Assembly (NCBI GenBank): GCA_028023455.1
Contig: JAQFVV010000007.1
Coordinates: forward strand, 10,974,001 to 11,038,000
Length of the DNA: 64,000 nt
Direction of reading: 5' to 3'
Source: Epiperipatus broadwayi
Lineage: Eukaryota > Animalia > Onychophora
Below, piece by piece: positions 24,620 to 38,490 of the stretch; the first letter of the stretch is position 1, and the number at the start of each line of letters is the position of its first letter. The position numbers were made by a program, and so were the translations under genes. Under the pieces are notes generated by a model. It was not told the DNA's origin, searched no databases, and saw only the letters and a program-made list of their open reading frames with translations.

Positions 24620-27400
24620 TTTATTCAATTGGTATCAACATATTCAAAATTTACTCCACTAACCTCTTCACAATGAAGAAACCAGGTACCCAGCCTGAAA
24701 TATTCCATTGGCAGATTGCATTTCCATTGACATCTAACATATTTTCAAAATTTGAAGGAAATCTATTTGATAGAAGTCTGTTAAATCTTACTAACCAAAT
24801 AAACAGGTTTTATAATTTAAATAAACTATACTTAGATCTATGTGGTATTTCATCCAAGTCCACCTTTCTATTTATTAATGTACAAAGATGATCAAATTGA
24901 TTTAGATTTTAAAGCCAATAACCATTTAAACTAGGAGTTGGTTAGGATTTTCTTCTATTCTTGATAACAAAAACCAATTCATTAGTTTACATTCTTTTTC
25001 CACATCACTGACTGATAAAAAACTTGAGTTCTTTGTTATTGAAACAAAGTTTTTGAATGTTGCAAGCAAACCATTAAATGCATTTTTAAATCATTATTTG
25101 AACTGACAGAAATATCACAATCATCAATTTATTATAAATCTAGAATCCAAAAACATGAAGTTCTTTTTCTACTTTTAATCAATTCAAATTTAAAAAATCC
25201 AAACCAAACCTATATTCTATCTTCATCGATGTTTCATTAGGTAAACAGTACATTTAACAGGCCAAAACATAATGCTCTGGTGGAATAATTTCAAAGTACA
25301 ATGCATAGTTATCAACCATACATATAATAAATTTCACAAAAATGGTGTCACTATTAAAAAAAATCTTGAATGAAAATTCCTGCAGATAAGATGAAAACAA
25401 GGCATTGCTGGTACCAAATTGTCATTTTAGCTTACATTTTGCATGCATCCATAGTTTATCTACATCATTGTCAAATCCACTGAACTGCAGTGGATTTTTC
25501 TCAAAGTATCTTGTTCATTTGTCTCTGCAAAAATTTTCCAGTCTGTGATAACTTGGGCACTTACCCCAGTCTTGCAATCAATGTAAACTTGCAGCAAATT
25601 ATTTGCCCAATAAAAGATTATGAGCCCATGGATTTGCAAGCAGAGATTACTTCTGGGAAAAAAGAGCCATGTCTGATGGATATACAGTGGTGACAAAATC
25701 TGCATTTTTATCTAACACCATTTGTGCCTTCAGCATATCTGACCAGTAAACACCATTTCATCACAATTCTAGCATCGGACATTGTTCTTTAGCAGTCACC
25801 ACTTCGCTAACTACCTCATTTCCAATTCCAGAGTTTAAAGTTCCTCCATCAACTGCCATGAATGTCATGATTCTGCATGAAATTTTGTTTACTGCCATGA
25901 TAAGTGCTACATGGTTTATTGTAGTTAGTGATGAAGTAATGCAATTCTCATATGGGTTCTCTGAATGGATTTCAAACACCAGATAGCATGTGTACAATTA
26001 CTTTTGTTAAAGTACCAACTTTACAACTACAGATAGTGACAAAAAACCAAGTTTACAAGTACAAATGTTGTTGAAGGACCAACTTTACAACTACAGAGGA
26101 AAAAGTAATAAAATTAAAAAAAGTTTAAAATTATTCCACCAGAGCAAGTATGTGTTAGCCTGCTAAAGGTAATGTTTACCTTTCATTAATCTGTTAGAAC
26201 AAGTTCCAAAGAAAACTGTCATACAAATTAAAAACAATTCTGGAAGAAGTACAGATTCTTGTTTAACACCAATTTTCATTACAATTCCTGAGATTTTCTA
26301 TCTGTAAGTTTGGATCTATTTCTCATTCCATCATGTAAAAGCTGTATAATACATATAAATTTTGGTGAATAACCAACTAATTGTAATCAATGCCATAACC
26401 TGTTCAATTAATAAATGAATTGACCAAATCAAGAAAAGTAATATATAAATTGTTTTTTGTTCCTGACATTTTTTTTTGCATTTGCCTGTCAATAAAATCT
26501 AGGTTTATAGTACTTTTTGATTTTCTAAAACCATACTGAGTCCATGGTACCCATTATCCTATTATGAAAATCAACTTATTTGATAAAATATTTGAAAATA
26601 CTTTTAGTGTAGTATATAAAAATACTGATTTCCCATGATAATTATTGCAAACTTGTCTATTCCTTTATTATTAAAAAGTGGAACAATAGAAACATCTTTA
26701 AAACCAGATAGGATAATTTCATAGTCCATATATTGTAATAAAATTCCAATATTTTTTCAAGCTAACATATCATTGCCATATTCTAAAACTTCTCCAAGTA
26801 TTTCAACAATAGCAGTAATCTTTCTATTATCAAGAATACAAAGATAAAATTTAATTTCACTAAGATTAGATATCTTGGTGCAAATGAATAGATAAAATTG
26901 ATATATCATTAAAAATTATCAACTCAATTTCTGTATCATTATTGACAAGAAGTTCTAAATATTCTTTCCACCTATTCAAAATATCATTGTCATCATGTAA
27001 AACAATTCCATTTCTAAATTTAATCATATTGTGGTACTTTTTCTCATGTTCGTATGTTGTTTTGAGTTCATCATAAAAGATTTTGAATGATTATGATCAG
27101 AGAATGTTTATCTTCTTTGCAATTTTACTGCACCTATCGCTTTTAAGTTTCTTGTCAAATGTTGAATTTCTGCATTCAGATCTCTATACTTATTATAAAC
27201 TTCCACATTTAATTTATTATTCTGCCAAGTAGAAAATTCCAATATTTCCTTTTAATCAAATTCCTAATAATAAGATCATAATTAAAATCCAAGTCATAAT
27301 TCTTTTTCTTAGTGAAATCAAAAATGGATTTGTGTGTATCTATAAAACACTCCTTAAGAGAATAACTTCATTGATATGACATCCAAATTAGAAATTTTAT
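24620..27400 (-). pseudogene. RTE-clade LINE remnant, interrupted by a Merlin element
   Basis: Minus-strand fragments FYDELKTTY...ILNRWE, FKDVSIVPLF, QYGFRKSKST, GVKQ, DL**IDDC (YADD site) and a C-terminal GIFQAGYLVSSL segment, in RTE order. Confidence 0.8.
25240..26180 (-). mobile_element. Merlin DNA transposon, internally deleted, with perfect 8-bp TSD
   Basis: About 52-bp TIRs starting GGTAAACA; TSD TTTCATTA at 25232-25239 and 26181-26188; fragments KCRFCHHCISIRHGSFF and LWMHAKCKLK*QFGTSNALFSSYLQEF. Confidence 0.92.
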
Positions 27401-28249
27401 TATTTAATAATTGTTGGAATTGAATAGTTACAGTAGTTTCTTCTAAAAAAGTATAATAATTTTTTTGGAAAATATGCTTGGAATAAGATCTATTTTTAAT
27501 CTATATATTAATCTAATCTTGGATCATATTAATCTATAATCCATCCAATAATCTGAACCTGTAAGTTGCTTATGCCAATACACAAATAAGTAAATAAAAG
27601 CTATACCTAGCTTATAGTATGATTTGTGTTACATTTACATTCAGAATTTTAAAAAACAAACCTTCATTAAAGTTTCAAAACATTAATGTTCACAAATGAA
27701 TAGTTAACTTTCCATAATTTATGTACATTTACAGAATTATATTGCTTATTTAATAAATTATCTATCAAATTTTTAAAAGATGCTTCTTTGATTTTTAAAG
27801 AAAAATCCTTTTCTACATACAAAATAAAACATAGACAGAAAGAAGAACTTCTTTTGCAAATAATGATATGTTCTAAAAATAAAGGTTGAAATCAGTCCAT
27901 AAAATACTGTATTCTTTTTTTGATGAAAACTTGATTCACAAATGCTATACTATTTTATATACAACATTATGCTTGTTGATTTTATCAACTTCATTCTTTC
28001 CATTCATAATCAATCTACTGAAATTTGGTCATATATTAAATGTAATATTAAAATGGAAAGAAACCATTGACGTCATCATACCACTTTTTTTTTTTTTACA
28101 ATTCATATTTAATAATGAAATCTATATTTTTTCTTCAACACTTATCTTTGTCTATATATATTTAAACTTGTATAATATATTAAAATATCTTTTTTTTTAT
28201 ATCCTACATTCAATAATTCTCTAATTTAATATTGAATACTAATCACTTT

Positions 28250-29590
28250 GAAATTTATATACACCCAGCCAATTTGTGTGTAATTTGAAACATTTGCCTG
28301 GTTTCTTAAAAAAACCATTAATTGATGTGTTTTATAAATAACTTTTAAGTGACCATGTTTTATTTTTTCAACATAAATTTTAATTAAGGTACTTTATATA
28401 TATTATTCTCAAAGTTAGATATTTCAAGACACCAATTTCAATCAGTTAAGTGACAAGATGTTTAATGAATAATGTATGGTTAACACATCATCAACATTAT
28501 CTCAAATAATTTTTAAAATCTAACTGAAACATATTCATCTCATAATATGCAACAAATACTTGCCTATAACAGCTGAAGCAGTATATGGGTTAGCCTTCTT
28601 CAATTTTTATAATTAATTTTCAATAGTTGCTATTGAAATTTAATCAATAAATTGTAGTACATTCTTAATTCTTTCATTGTTTACATTTTTTGACAACCTT
28701 TAATGGCTGTCTGAATAAAATTTCCAATTTTTTATTCTAAAAAATTCATTTTATTTTCTTTGTTATATTTTTAAAAATTTCAAATTATTTTTTAAAAATA
28801 TAAGTCTCCAAATAAAAATCATTTTTAAAAAGAATATTTCAACTTTCCAGACATAGAAAAAAAATTAATAAACTGAAATGTATAATAGGAACAGTAGTTT
28901 TTGTTATTGTATGGCTGTCAATAAAAATGTTTTATGAATGAAATAAAATTTGTTTTAACTTTATTGTTAAAACCTGAAAAAGTTATTATTAAGACTCTAT
29001 AAAGCAAAAAAATTATTATTTAACATTTAAAATTCCACCTACAATTATTAAAAAAAATCACCAAAAATTATGGTAATTATGGAGATTTAGCCAATAAGAA
29101 TTTCCTGTTTTATTTTATTATATTTATCTAGGTTTGCTTTTTTCTAAAAACAAATGTTTTCAAATAAATTGTGAGTCTAGCTATAAATAATATTGTAAAA
29201 AATAAATATTTCACAAATATTTTACAAAACTAATCATAAATAGATAAACAATCTATGGTCAGTATATGTAGTTATTTTTAAAATTGAAACAAAAGAATGA
29301 ATGGCCTCTAATGCTCTGCCAAGTGTTGTCATGTTCCAGAATAAATCAGAAGTGTTATTGACATCTTTGCATTAGAATTCTCTCTATGATACTAACATCT
29401 TGAGGTTTTTAAAATCTTTTGTCAATTTAAAATAATTGCCTTCATTCAAAGAAAACCATAAAAAGCACTGTAATCATGTTAATTTTAAATTCTGATTGCA
29501 CAACCATTTATTGAAGTATTGTATTAATTTGTTTTTTTATTAAATTAGTAAACTCACATATTTCTGTACTTTGATTTCTTAACTAATAAT
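28250..29590 (-). pseudogene. Decayed Penelope-like RT remnant
   Basis: Minus strand FVAYYEMNMFQ...II*DNVDDVLTI resembles the PLE RT (F/W)RYVDD region; it adjoins the family E HHR fold-back. Confidence 0.45.
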
Positions 29591-29863
29591 ATAATAATAA
29601 ATCAACTATGTACTTTAATACTGTTTCACAATGCTTTAATTACAACCATCTTTGATAGTTTCGATTGTCCCAGCAATCTTCATCTTCCTCTAAGGAAGAT
29701 TACTGGGACAATGAAAACTGTCAAAGAGGGTTGTAATTAAAGCATTGTGAAACAGTATTAAAGTGTTCTGAAGAAGATTTCTGGGGCAATTGAAGCTGTC
29801 AAAGAGGGTTGTAATTAAAGCATTGTGAAACAGTATTAAAGTGCATAGTTGATTTATTATTAT
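29591..29863. mobile_element. Family E fold-back: one minus-strand copy facing two tandem plus-strand copies (78-bp period), each with an HHR-like motif
   Basis: 29591-29683 is inverted against the plus-strand copies; gttCTGAAGAAGATTTCTGGGGCAATTGAAGCTGTC at 29765-29800. Confidence 0.85.
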
Positions 29864-30714
29864 ATATACATTTGACACTGCAATAAGAAAGATTAGGGAT
29901 TTGATTTCTTAACCTAAAAAAATCTAAAGAGATCAGTCTAATTGAATAGTGGCAAGGCAATTTAGTCTTGCCTCCACTTCTTCAATTGATGAAGTCCTTT
30001 GTAATTAATTTTAAGATCTCTTGCAAGATTACTTTGAGAAAAATTTTGGAATAATTAATAGCTTGATTTTTTTTTGTGAAGCTTATTAAGATTTATAATT
30101 ATTTTTACACAATAATTGTGTACTAAGAATGAAAAGTATACATTATTAGACTGTTATTATATATATATTCTAATGTTCTCATGGACAAATGATGAATTCA
30201 TAGTATTATTACCAGGAGTTTCCATGTAATAAAAATATAATAGCTAATGTTTCTTCAGTACATTAACATGTACTTTTTTCAGAGTTTCTTTTATATGGAG
30301 AAATTTAAAATCGTTATTTTTTTTTCTTTTGTTATTTTCTCCTCATTGTCAAATTTTATTGGTTGAGAAGTTTTAAAAAATATTTTATTCTCCAATAGCT
30401 TTTTTCAAATATATATATATGAAAATAATTCAGTTCTAATATTAAACTCAAATAAAAATACAAATATTAAATCATCCCACATTGTTAAAAAATCCAGCAC
30501 TGCCATCTGTGAATTAATATATAAATATATTAGAGTTCATATTTCAAAATAGCCATCCTCAAAATAATATGTATATACAATACAAACAAAATGTCTGTTA
30601 ATTAAAAATTATTGTAATAAAAATAAAAATAATAAATATAATTGTAATTACCATATAATACAAATCATCCATGCACTTTACTACTGTTACACAATGCTTT
30701 ATTTACCACCCTCT

Positions 30715-30762
30715 TTTACAGTTTACAGTTTCAATTACCTCAGCAATCTTCTTCAGAACTAC
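30715..30762 (-). ncRNA. Near-intact hammerhead motif (family E)
   Basis: Minus strand gtagtt CTGAAGA A GATTG-ctgagg-TAATT GAAA CTG TA aactgt; 6-bp helix I; helix III has a 1-nt loop. Confidence 0.65.
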
Positions 30763-30961
30763 AACATAATACAAACTTATGAATATAAATATACATGAAC
30801 ATATAATTTACATTCCATATATACATCTTATAATCATCATCTATTTATTATCGTTTAAATATTATATAATTTTCTACCCTTTTTTTACATTTTATATTTA
30901 TTAACTAAAAATGTCCCACACATATATATTCTATTTTTATTCTTTATTTTATTTTATTATA

Positions 30962-31075
30962 TACAGGCTTTCAGTCTGCAGAAATACTTTCGGTTAAGTT
31001 CTTATGTTTTTTTAATTTGACAGCAATTGGGAATTAAGGAATTAACCAAAAGTATTTCAGTGGATTGAAAGACTA
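30962..31075. mobile_element. Miniature family F (Penelope pLTR-derived) fold-back
   Basis: ctttcagtctgcagaaatactttcggttaag is inverted against ttaaccaaaagtatttcagtggattgaaag; matches the pLTR ends at 45228 and 46101. Confidence 0.6.
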
Positions 31076-31529
31076 GTTAATTACCGTTATATATATTATT
31101 TTTATTGTCATTCATTAATAATATTGTATTATATATTTATGTGCATATGTGTGTGTTTTATTTATAAAAATACAAGGTAATAACCTCTATCATATTTTTA
31201 AAGAAAACAACAGCATTCTCCTCTTCCTTATAAAAATGATGGCTACTACTTCAGTGCCAAAACTGTGTTAGGATAATTTGCAAATATTCTAAAAATTATA
31301 AACCAATTTCAGTATTTTAAACAGAATTTGATACATTTATCATAGATTATTATTTTATGTTACATTTTAAATACAAATTTTAATTAAAAAAAATCTTATT
31401 CATTTTCTGAAATCACCATGCTCTCACACCCAATCAATGATGAAAGCATTATTTGTTGTCATTGTAAACTCACATTTTCAGTATTTGCAAAATACAAACA
31501 TGATTTTTTTAGAACTTTTTTGTTTAATG

Positions 31530-32447
31530 TAAGTGACTAAGATATTTACTGAGTTTTAAACTGTAATTTTAAACAGACAGTAATCAACACATAGACATGC
31601 ACTGTACTGTCATATTAAATCAATGTTGGTTTTGTTGAATGGAAGGAAACTGTTGATCAAAACCACATGATAAAGTCTTTGAAAAGATAAGAGTGACCAT
31701 CTTATCTTTGTACCTAAATGCAATTATATAGATTAATCATAAACATCTTAGATTGAGAGCATGAATATTTTAATTATTCACTTTACTTACACTTTTTTTA
31801 TTGTGTGCATTAACACTCACAACAGTTTAACATTTACTGCATATTAATATTAAGAGATAATGTAATTAACTAAGGTATTTACTAGTTCAGTTTCAAACTG
31901 GATTTTTAAATAGATGGTAATCAACTACTACATATGTGCTACACTGTCATAATATAATTGTATCTAGGTATAAATATAAGACAGTTTCTCTTATCTTTTC
32001 AATGTCTCTATCATGTGGCTTGGATCGAGAGTTTCCTTATATTCAATAAAACAATGTTAGTTTAATATCACAGTACAGGGAATGAGTGACTGTTGATTAC
32101 TGTCTGTTTTAAATGACAATTTGAAAGTGTACTACTAAATATCTTAGTCAATTATATTAATTCTAACATCTCTTAATATTAAAATGCAGTAAATGTTAAA
32201 ATTTTGCAAATGCTAATCTGCGTATAAAGAAAATGGAAGTGAATAATTAAAATATCATACTCTCAATCCAATATGCTTATGATTGGCCTTTATAATTGCA
32301 TTTAGGTACAAAAATAAGACAACAGCTCTTATCTTTTCAAAGTCTCTATTATGTGGTTTGGATCAAGTTTCCTCATGTTCAAAAAACAATGTTGGTTTAA
32401 CAAGACAGTATAGCACATATGGTTGATTATCGTCTGCTTAAAATTAA
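31530..32447. mobile_element. Family J: about 330-bp monomer in tandem-plus-inverted arrangement
   Basis: 31540-31930 is the reverse complement of 32100-32445; each strand also restarts a second monomer (31900-31955 on +, 32100-31960 on -). Confidence 0.8.
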
Positions 32448-34569
32448 AAAAAAAATGTTTGCAAACATATATTTCTCTCAAATGAAAACCATTTTATTGA
32501 ATTTTGGTATAGAATAATGGTTTTAAAGTAAGTTCAAAATTGAAGGCTTGCAAAGTCTTACCAGGAAGAACAATGTACCTGTCATTGCACTGGAGGATTA
32601 AGTTAAAAAAATCATTATCATTCTAGCTTGTTTTTTTTCTATTGAATAAACACAGAAACCAGCAAATAAATGGTAAAGATATTTGCAAGAGAGGAAATTT
32701 AAACTGAAGCAACTAAAATGCCATTATTGTTATTGTGAAATTATGATCAGATAAATTGAATTAATTTTAAAATGATTAAACTTACATGCTTTTGATTACA
32801 TAAATATTGATCAATCAGTTCAATCGATTATTGATTAATCAGTTCAATAGATTATCTTTATAGGCCCCAACAATTCTATAACATCCAAGGTAAATAATCT
32901 ATTTTCATCATCAAAATCAACTTAACAATCTTCTTGACCAAATCAAACGATAAAATTGTATGTCTATCAAATCCTAATTCTTCTAAAATTTTCCCTGATG
33001 TAAATTTAAATCTTTCTACATATATAATCTAATTATAAAAATGAAAAAAAAGTTATAGTTATTAAATAAAAATATTTTTCAAATCAGTAAAAGTAATCAT
33101 GAAATAATACAATTGTTGGGAGAAATAACTTACCTGCTTTACAAAATAATGTTAACAAGTGCTACTATTTTAAGCAAATTGATCTATACATGTTGACTTT
33201 TCTATTTTAGAGTTTCTTATCTGACATCCAGAAACAAAACTGAAATATAAATTTATAACCATTTTTTTAGAATCATCAAGAGTAAGCATGGACCTACAGA
33301 TCATTCGTGCGCTATCAATGATTTTTGTTTCATAAAATTTGACAGTTCTACTAAGAGATTTCAAATTTCTTTTAGAAATAGTTGAAAAGTAACACCTTTT
33401 AGATCCAAAATCGTGAAACATCATTATTGTTTGTTATAATTCTCCAATTGTTTTTAGAAAACATTTTAAAAGAAGCTAATTTCATGTTAGTTTTTTAAAC
33501 AATTCTAAAACAAACATATTTAATAGGAAAAAATTTAAAAGATATGAATCAATTTTTAGCCATATATGTTACGTGTGTAATAACCATAAAGTAAAAAATA
33601 ACATTCACATAGGATTAAAAATTAAAGAGGAAATTCCATAAACTATCAGACATCTACCAGTACCAAGACTATGATTTCTGATAGTAATGATAATACTTAC
33701 AAGTCTTATATTAAAATACTCGTAATAATATCTATGAAGTAATAATTTTTATATATGCATACTATAAGAATATTTTACAAGTCAGACTTTATAGAAGCCA
33801 TTTTAATAAACTTGGCAAACAATACTTTTCATTATCTAAGTAAATGAAAATAAATCATTTTTTATCTAATTTTCAGATGACAGTTTCAGATAGTGTGTGT
33901 AAAGTCAATTAATTTTAACTATCCTGTAAAGAACCACAATCATTAAATACGTAGCATTCAGAATATATAACAATATTTTAAAGTAATAATATTTATATGC
34001 ACATATTAAAAAAATCCTTTACAAATTAGTATTTTTAAAAGTCATTTTAATACACTTGCAACATACCTCTTGTATTAAAATTCTAATCAAATAACGTTGA
34101 ATAATTCCCATCTGGTCACTTAAAAGTTATATGGGCATGGAATACTGCATTAATGATGATTTTAGTTAAATAAATTTCAGATAACAATTTAGATATAAAT
34201 TCTGTTAATTTTAACAATATAATCAAACAATGGTCATTAAACATTGCTGAGAATATATAACTTCCACAGTAATAATATTCATAGTACACATGCCATAAAA
34301 ATTTCTTATTAGTTCAGCCTTTCTCGTAGTCATTTTAATAAACATGCAAATAATCTATTAACTGGAATGAAAATGAATTATTTCAGACCTGTCTCCAAGA
34401 TCTTATATAAGTCTCAGAATAATCATTTATGTTTTGTAGGGGTGAAATATAAGTGATCTTTAGAAAGTATTATCAACTTATATCCTTCTATATGCAATGA
34501 TATTAAAAATTAAACAAATCCACCTCTTTTATTACTGTTAGAATGCTTGTTTTATTAAAATTCACCAAG

Positions 34570-34612
34570 CTTACAGTTTTGATTGACGAGCAATCTTCTA
34601 CAGAGCTATAGG
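34570..34612 (-). ncRNA. Degenerate hammerhead motif (family E variant)
   Basis: Minus strand tagct CTGTAGA A GATTG-ctcgt-CAATC AAAA CTG TA agct. Confidence 0.5.
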
Positions 34613-35820
34613 ATATATGTATATACATGAATACACAAATAGTTTATCATATAAAGAAACAACTTAACATTATATCTCCTTATAAATTGTATCATGGTTT
34701 ATATTTTACTATATATATGTCAAACATTAATCAAATCTACATAGTTAACATTTAAGCAAACTAATTAAAAGACTTTTAAAAAATCTGTCTTGTAAAGGTT
34801 TCTGAAATAAGATAGAAATATTATTATATATTCTCAAGATTACATATTATAGCCATGGTCCACTTACAGAATAGTTAAAGCTAATAGAGTTTAGAATATA
34901 CTATTAATATCAATTTCCCCTTTTATTTGTATTAGTAGTTCAAATTTGCAATCATTTGTTTATCTGCACATCTATTTTAATAACCTGATGCTAAGCCCAA
35001 CAAGAATTAATTTAAAAGAATTATGATTATGATGAAATTTACAAATATTGCACTAAACAGGAGATTATATAAAAAAAACCACATTGACATCTAGATGAAC
35101 AAAGATTTGCAAATTTATATATATTAGAAAAAAACTATTAGATGGTAGACAGAAATGACAATTGAAAGAAAGTAATTTAAGAAACTTTCACATTTAAGAT
35201 TGTCACTAAAGCACTGAATCAAACCACACATGTCAACATTCATATTTATATGATAATTCTCAAAAGATTAATTTTTTTTTTCAATATATTTTTACTAGTT
35301 TGGGTAAATGAATATAGATAGCAGTTCTATGATTCGTATTACATTTCATAGCCATTTTTATATTTATCAACAATGCAGCATGTGAAAATTTTACCACATT
35401 GCATTATGCTTCCATTTCTTATCTCTTATTACTTAATCTAATTTCATAATGGATAAGTCTGTCACCTATGCAAAAGTATCATTATAACTGTTAAAATTAT
35501 AATAAACCTTGAATTCACATTTCTTCCTACCCTAAACTATAGGTCCAATATAGAAAATTGATTATTTTTCTTCTGTTTATTATTAGGAGTGGTATGTTCA
35601 GCTATCACTAATATAAGACAGAACAGATGCACAAATTTCTCCTATGTTGTGTAGTTAATAAAATTTATGAAGAAAATGTCAATTCAAATTAACAGATTCA
35701 TAATTACAATATTTGTACTATATGTAATTTGGATATGCCTGGTTATAAAAAATGTATTTTTGTGAAAGCTTTGTTAAACGTAAAGGTAGTTCTTTTTTAA
35801 AAAAAAAGTTAAACATTTGC

Positions 35821-35948
35821 TGTAGAAAAGGTGATATATATATATATAGGTCATGTGATATATGATTGATTTTTACTATTTATATATATGTAGAAAAGGT
35901 GATATATATATATATAGGTCATGTGATATATGATTGATTTTTACTATT
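35821..35948. repeat. 68-bp-period tandem duplication
   Basis: tgtagaaaaggtg(at)n aggtcatgtgatatatgattgatttttactatt x2. Confidence 0.9.
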
Positions 35949-36914
35949 ATAATTTTGCTATTAGGGCTTTGGCTATATTAAATTGCTCATATAGTTTCTT
36001 TGGTTAAAGAGCCATAGCTTGAAAACGGTCTGGGGATGGGGACCATCATAGATAATAGCTTCATGTATTTTCTCTTGTAGCATTTATCATAAAAAAAAAA
36101 AAAAGCTTGTTTAGAGCTAGTAGCAGGCTCTTTATATATATATATATTGTAACAAAATAAAAATGAACGAAGAAAAAATGCCCCTGATTTAATAATGCCC
36201 CAGAATTGCAGCAACATTTGTAACAGAATAAAATTGTAGCCCATCTGTTGATCACCATTTGCAACAGATTACAAATAAAGACAATAATAACAGAACAATA
36301 CTATTTTATAAATAGTAATACATCTCTGTGAACAAGCTATTTGTCACAGAATAACAATGATAACAAAAGATGAGAAAGATAAATTATAGTATTCCTCATA
36401 AATTGACACTGTTTATTACGATATAAACCCATTTTAAACATTAAACACTATTTATAACTGAATAAAATCATTCATGAATGGATAAAAATAATGACCTTAA
36501 TGTATCTTACAAATTTAGTACATTCTGCAAATTTAAAACACAAATTGTAACTAAGTAAAGTATAATCCAATTGCTGATCAATAGTTATAACTAAATAAAA
36601 TGAAAATAATGCTAATAAAATGAAAATAAGGACAATACTAACAAAGAAATAATATCTCAAAACAGTAATATGCCCTTATTAGATATATCATTTGTAATGG
36701 AATCCAAGACTTAACAATAATAAAAGGCTTTGATAATTTATAAATTTATGTATATTAATTCATTCTTAATAAAATATACAAAATTTTCTCTTTTGAAATC
36801 CTATAAATTCATAATATCAAATAAAATATCTCAATAGTAGACTATAATAAAATTCAATACACAAGTTCAACTAATCTAGCATATCTCATCACCTTCAGAA
36901 TTTATAATGTTATA

Positions 36915-37230
36915 AAATATATAGGGTATATGAGCACAGACTTTCACACAACCCACAACTCTCCACTCTATCTCATAACACTGATACACTTGAACACATA
37001 TACGTTGAAAAGATAAATAATCACCAGTATACATATTTCATGATAAATCAGCAATCATCAGTTAGTCCAGATTATCATCTCTACACATATATGCTCAGAT
37101 ATAAATTAAGATAGCCAATGCTCATACATTAATGGACAGGCTTCAATCCACTCCACACTCCAACTCTTCAACTCTTCATCCAATTGAAAATCTGATGATG
37201 GAACACTCAAAGGCCACCCTGAGGCTGAGA
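36915..37230 (-). mobile_element. Family C copy with degenerate hammerhead
   Basis: Minus-strand CTGATGA at 37055-37061, GAAA TATGTATA CTGGT; flanks align to the family C monomer. Confidence 0.8.
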
Positions 37231-38423
37231 TTCTAAATTAAAATAAAATCAATCCTTTAAATAGTGGATTCCCATTTAGTATTTATCCAAATATAATTAG
37301 CAAAGCACAACAAATTATTCTTTAGTCTAACCATACTAAGTTATCAAACGTTAAATTATAATTATCATAACATGTGAAATATTAGTGTTCTATTATGATC
37401 AAATGTCAGTATTAAAGCTTAGTATTTAAACTAAAGTTCCAATCTACAGCAATAAATTTTAAATATAATTCAAGTAAATCACTTTATTTAATGAACTTCA
37501 AATATCAATTTCGATATACTATTACTAATTTTATAGTACAACAAAATTACCATCTTTATAATTAAATATTATCATGATATGATATTCATCCAATAAATAA
37601 TAGCTTAAAAGAATATGCAAGCATCCAATTGTGATTGCCATTATTTATCATAAATAATTAGTATATTTGTATTTTGTAAGTTATCAAATCAGTTCAGATA
37701 TAAATTTCTATCCTAACATAACTGGTACATATAACTAATAAAGTAATTATAATAACCTTCTGATTACCAATTAAAATCTAATATTTATAAATCAATTAAT
37801 TTATTACACTTGAAATATATACCTGATCCAAATGATAAAATATTAAATTTAATAGAAAGAGAATAATATCTGATTGTATACACACTTACTAATTCTATGG
37901 CTTAATTTCCTGACTGTTGTATGATTACTTATAATAAAATCAATCCATGAATATTATCTTGTTAGAATATTATTAGCCAATAGATTTGCATTAGAAAAAT
38001 TGAATGACAACTAAGTAAGTCTATTTATTTTAAACAAATGTAAAATTTATTAACAATGAATATATTAAATTTTTTTTTGACAAATCGTACATAAATATTT
38101 AAGTTATATATTATCAAATTATATATTATGAAATATATTCATTGTTGAAGCCAATTTAATAATATAGGTGATTTTACACCAAACTTCAGCTATAAAAGGT
38201 TTAATCTAAATATGTATACCTATGTGACACAAAACATGTTGTTGAACAGATACACTCTTGAAATACAAGAAAGATAAAGATATTTCTAATTTTTATAATG
38301 AATAATTAATTGAAACAAAATATAATAACTATAAACAAAGAGCTTTGCTAGTTGCTCAACAAACTTTGTGGTAATGGTTAGCAAGAGAAAGCATTTAAAA
38401 TATCTCTATCAGAAATCACACCC

Positions 38424-38469
38424 AAATCCCAGACCAATAGTTTCATGCTTTGGTACTCATCAGTGAGGC
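38424..38469 (-). ncRNA. Type I hammerhead (family H, left arm)
   Basis: ctca CTGATGA GTAC-caaa-GCAT GAAA CTATTGG TC tggg; GUC triplet; one mismatch in helix II. Confidence 0.75.
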
Positions 38470-38490
38470 ATTAGAGTAGTTTCAGACACT

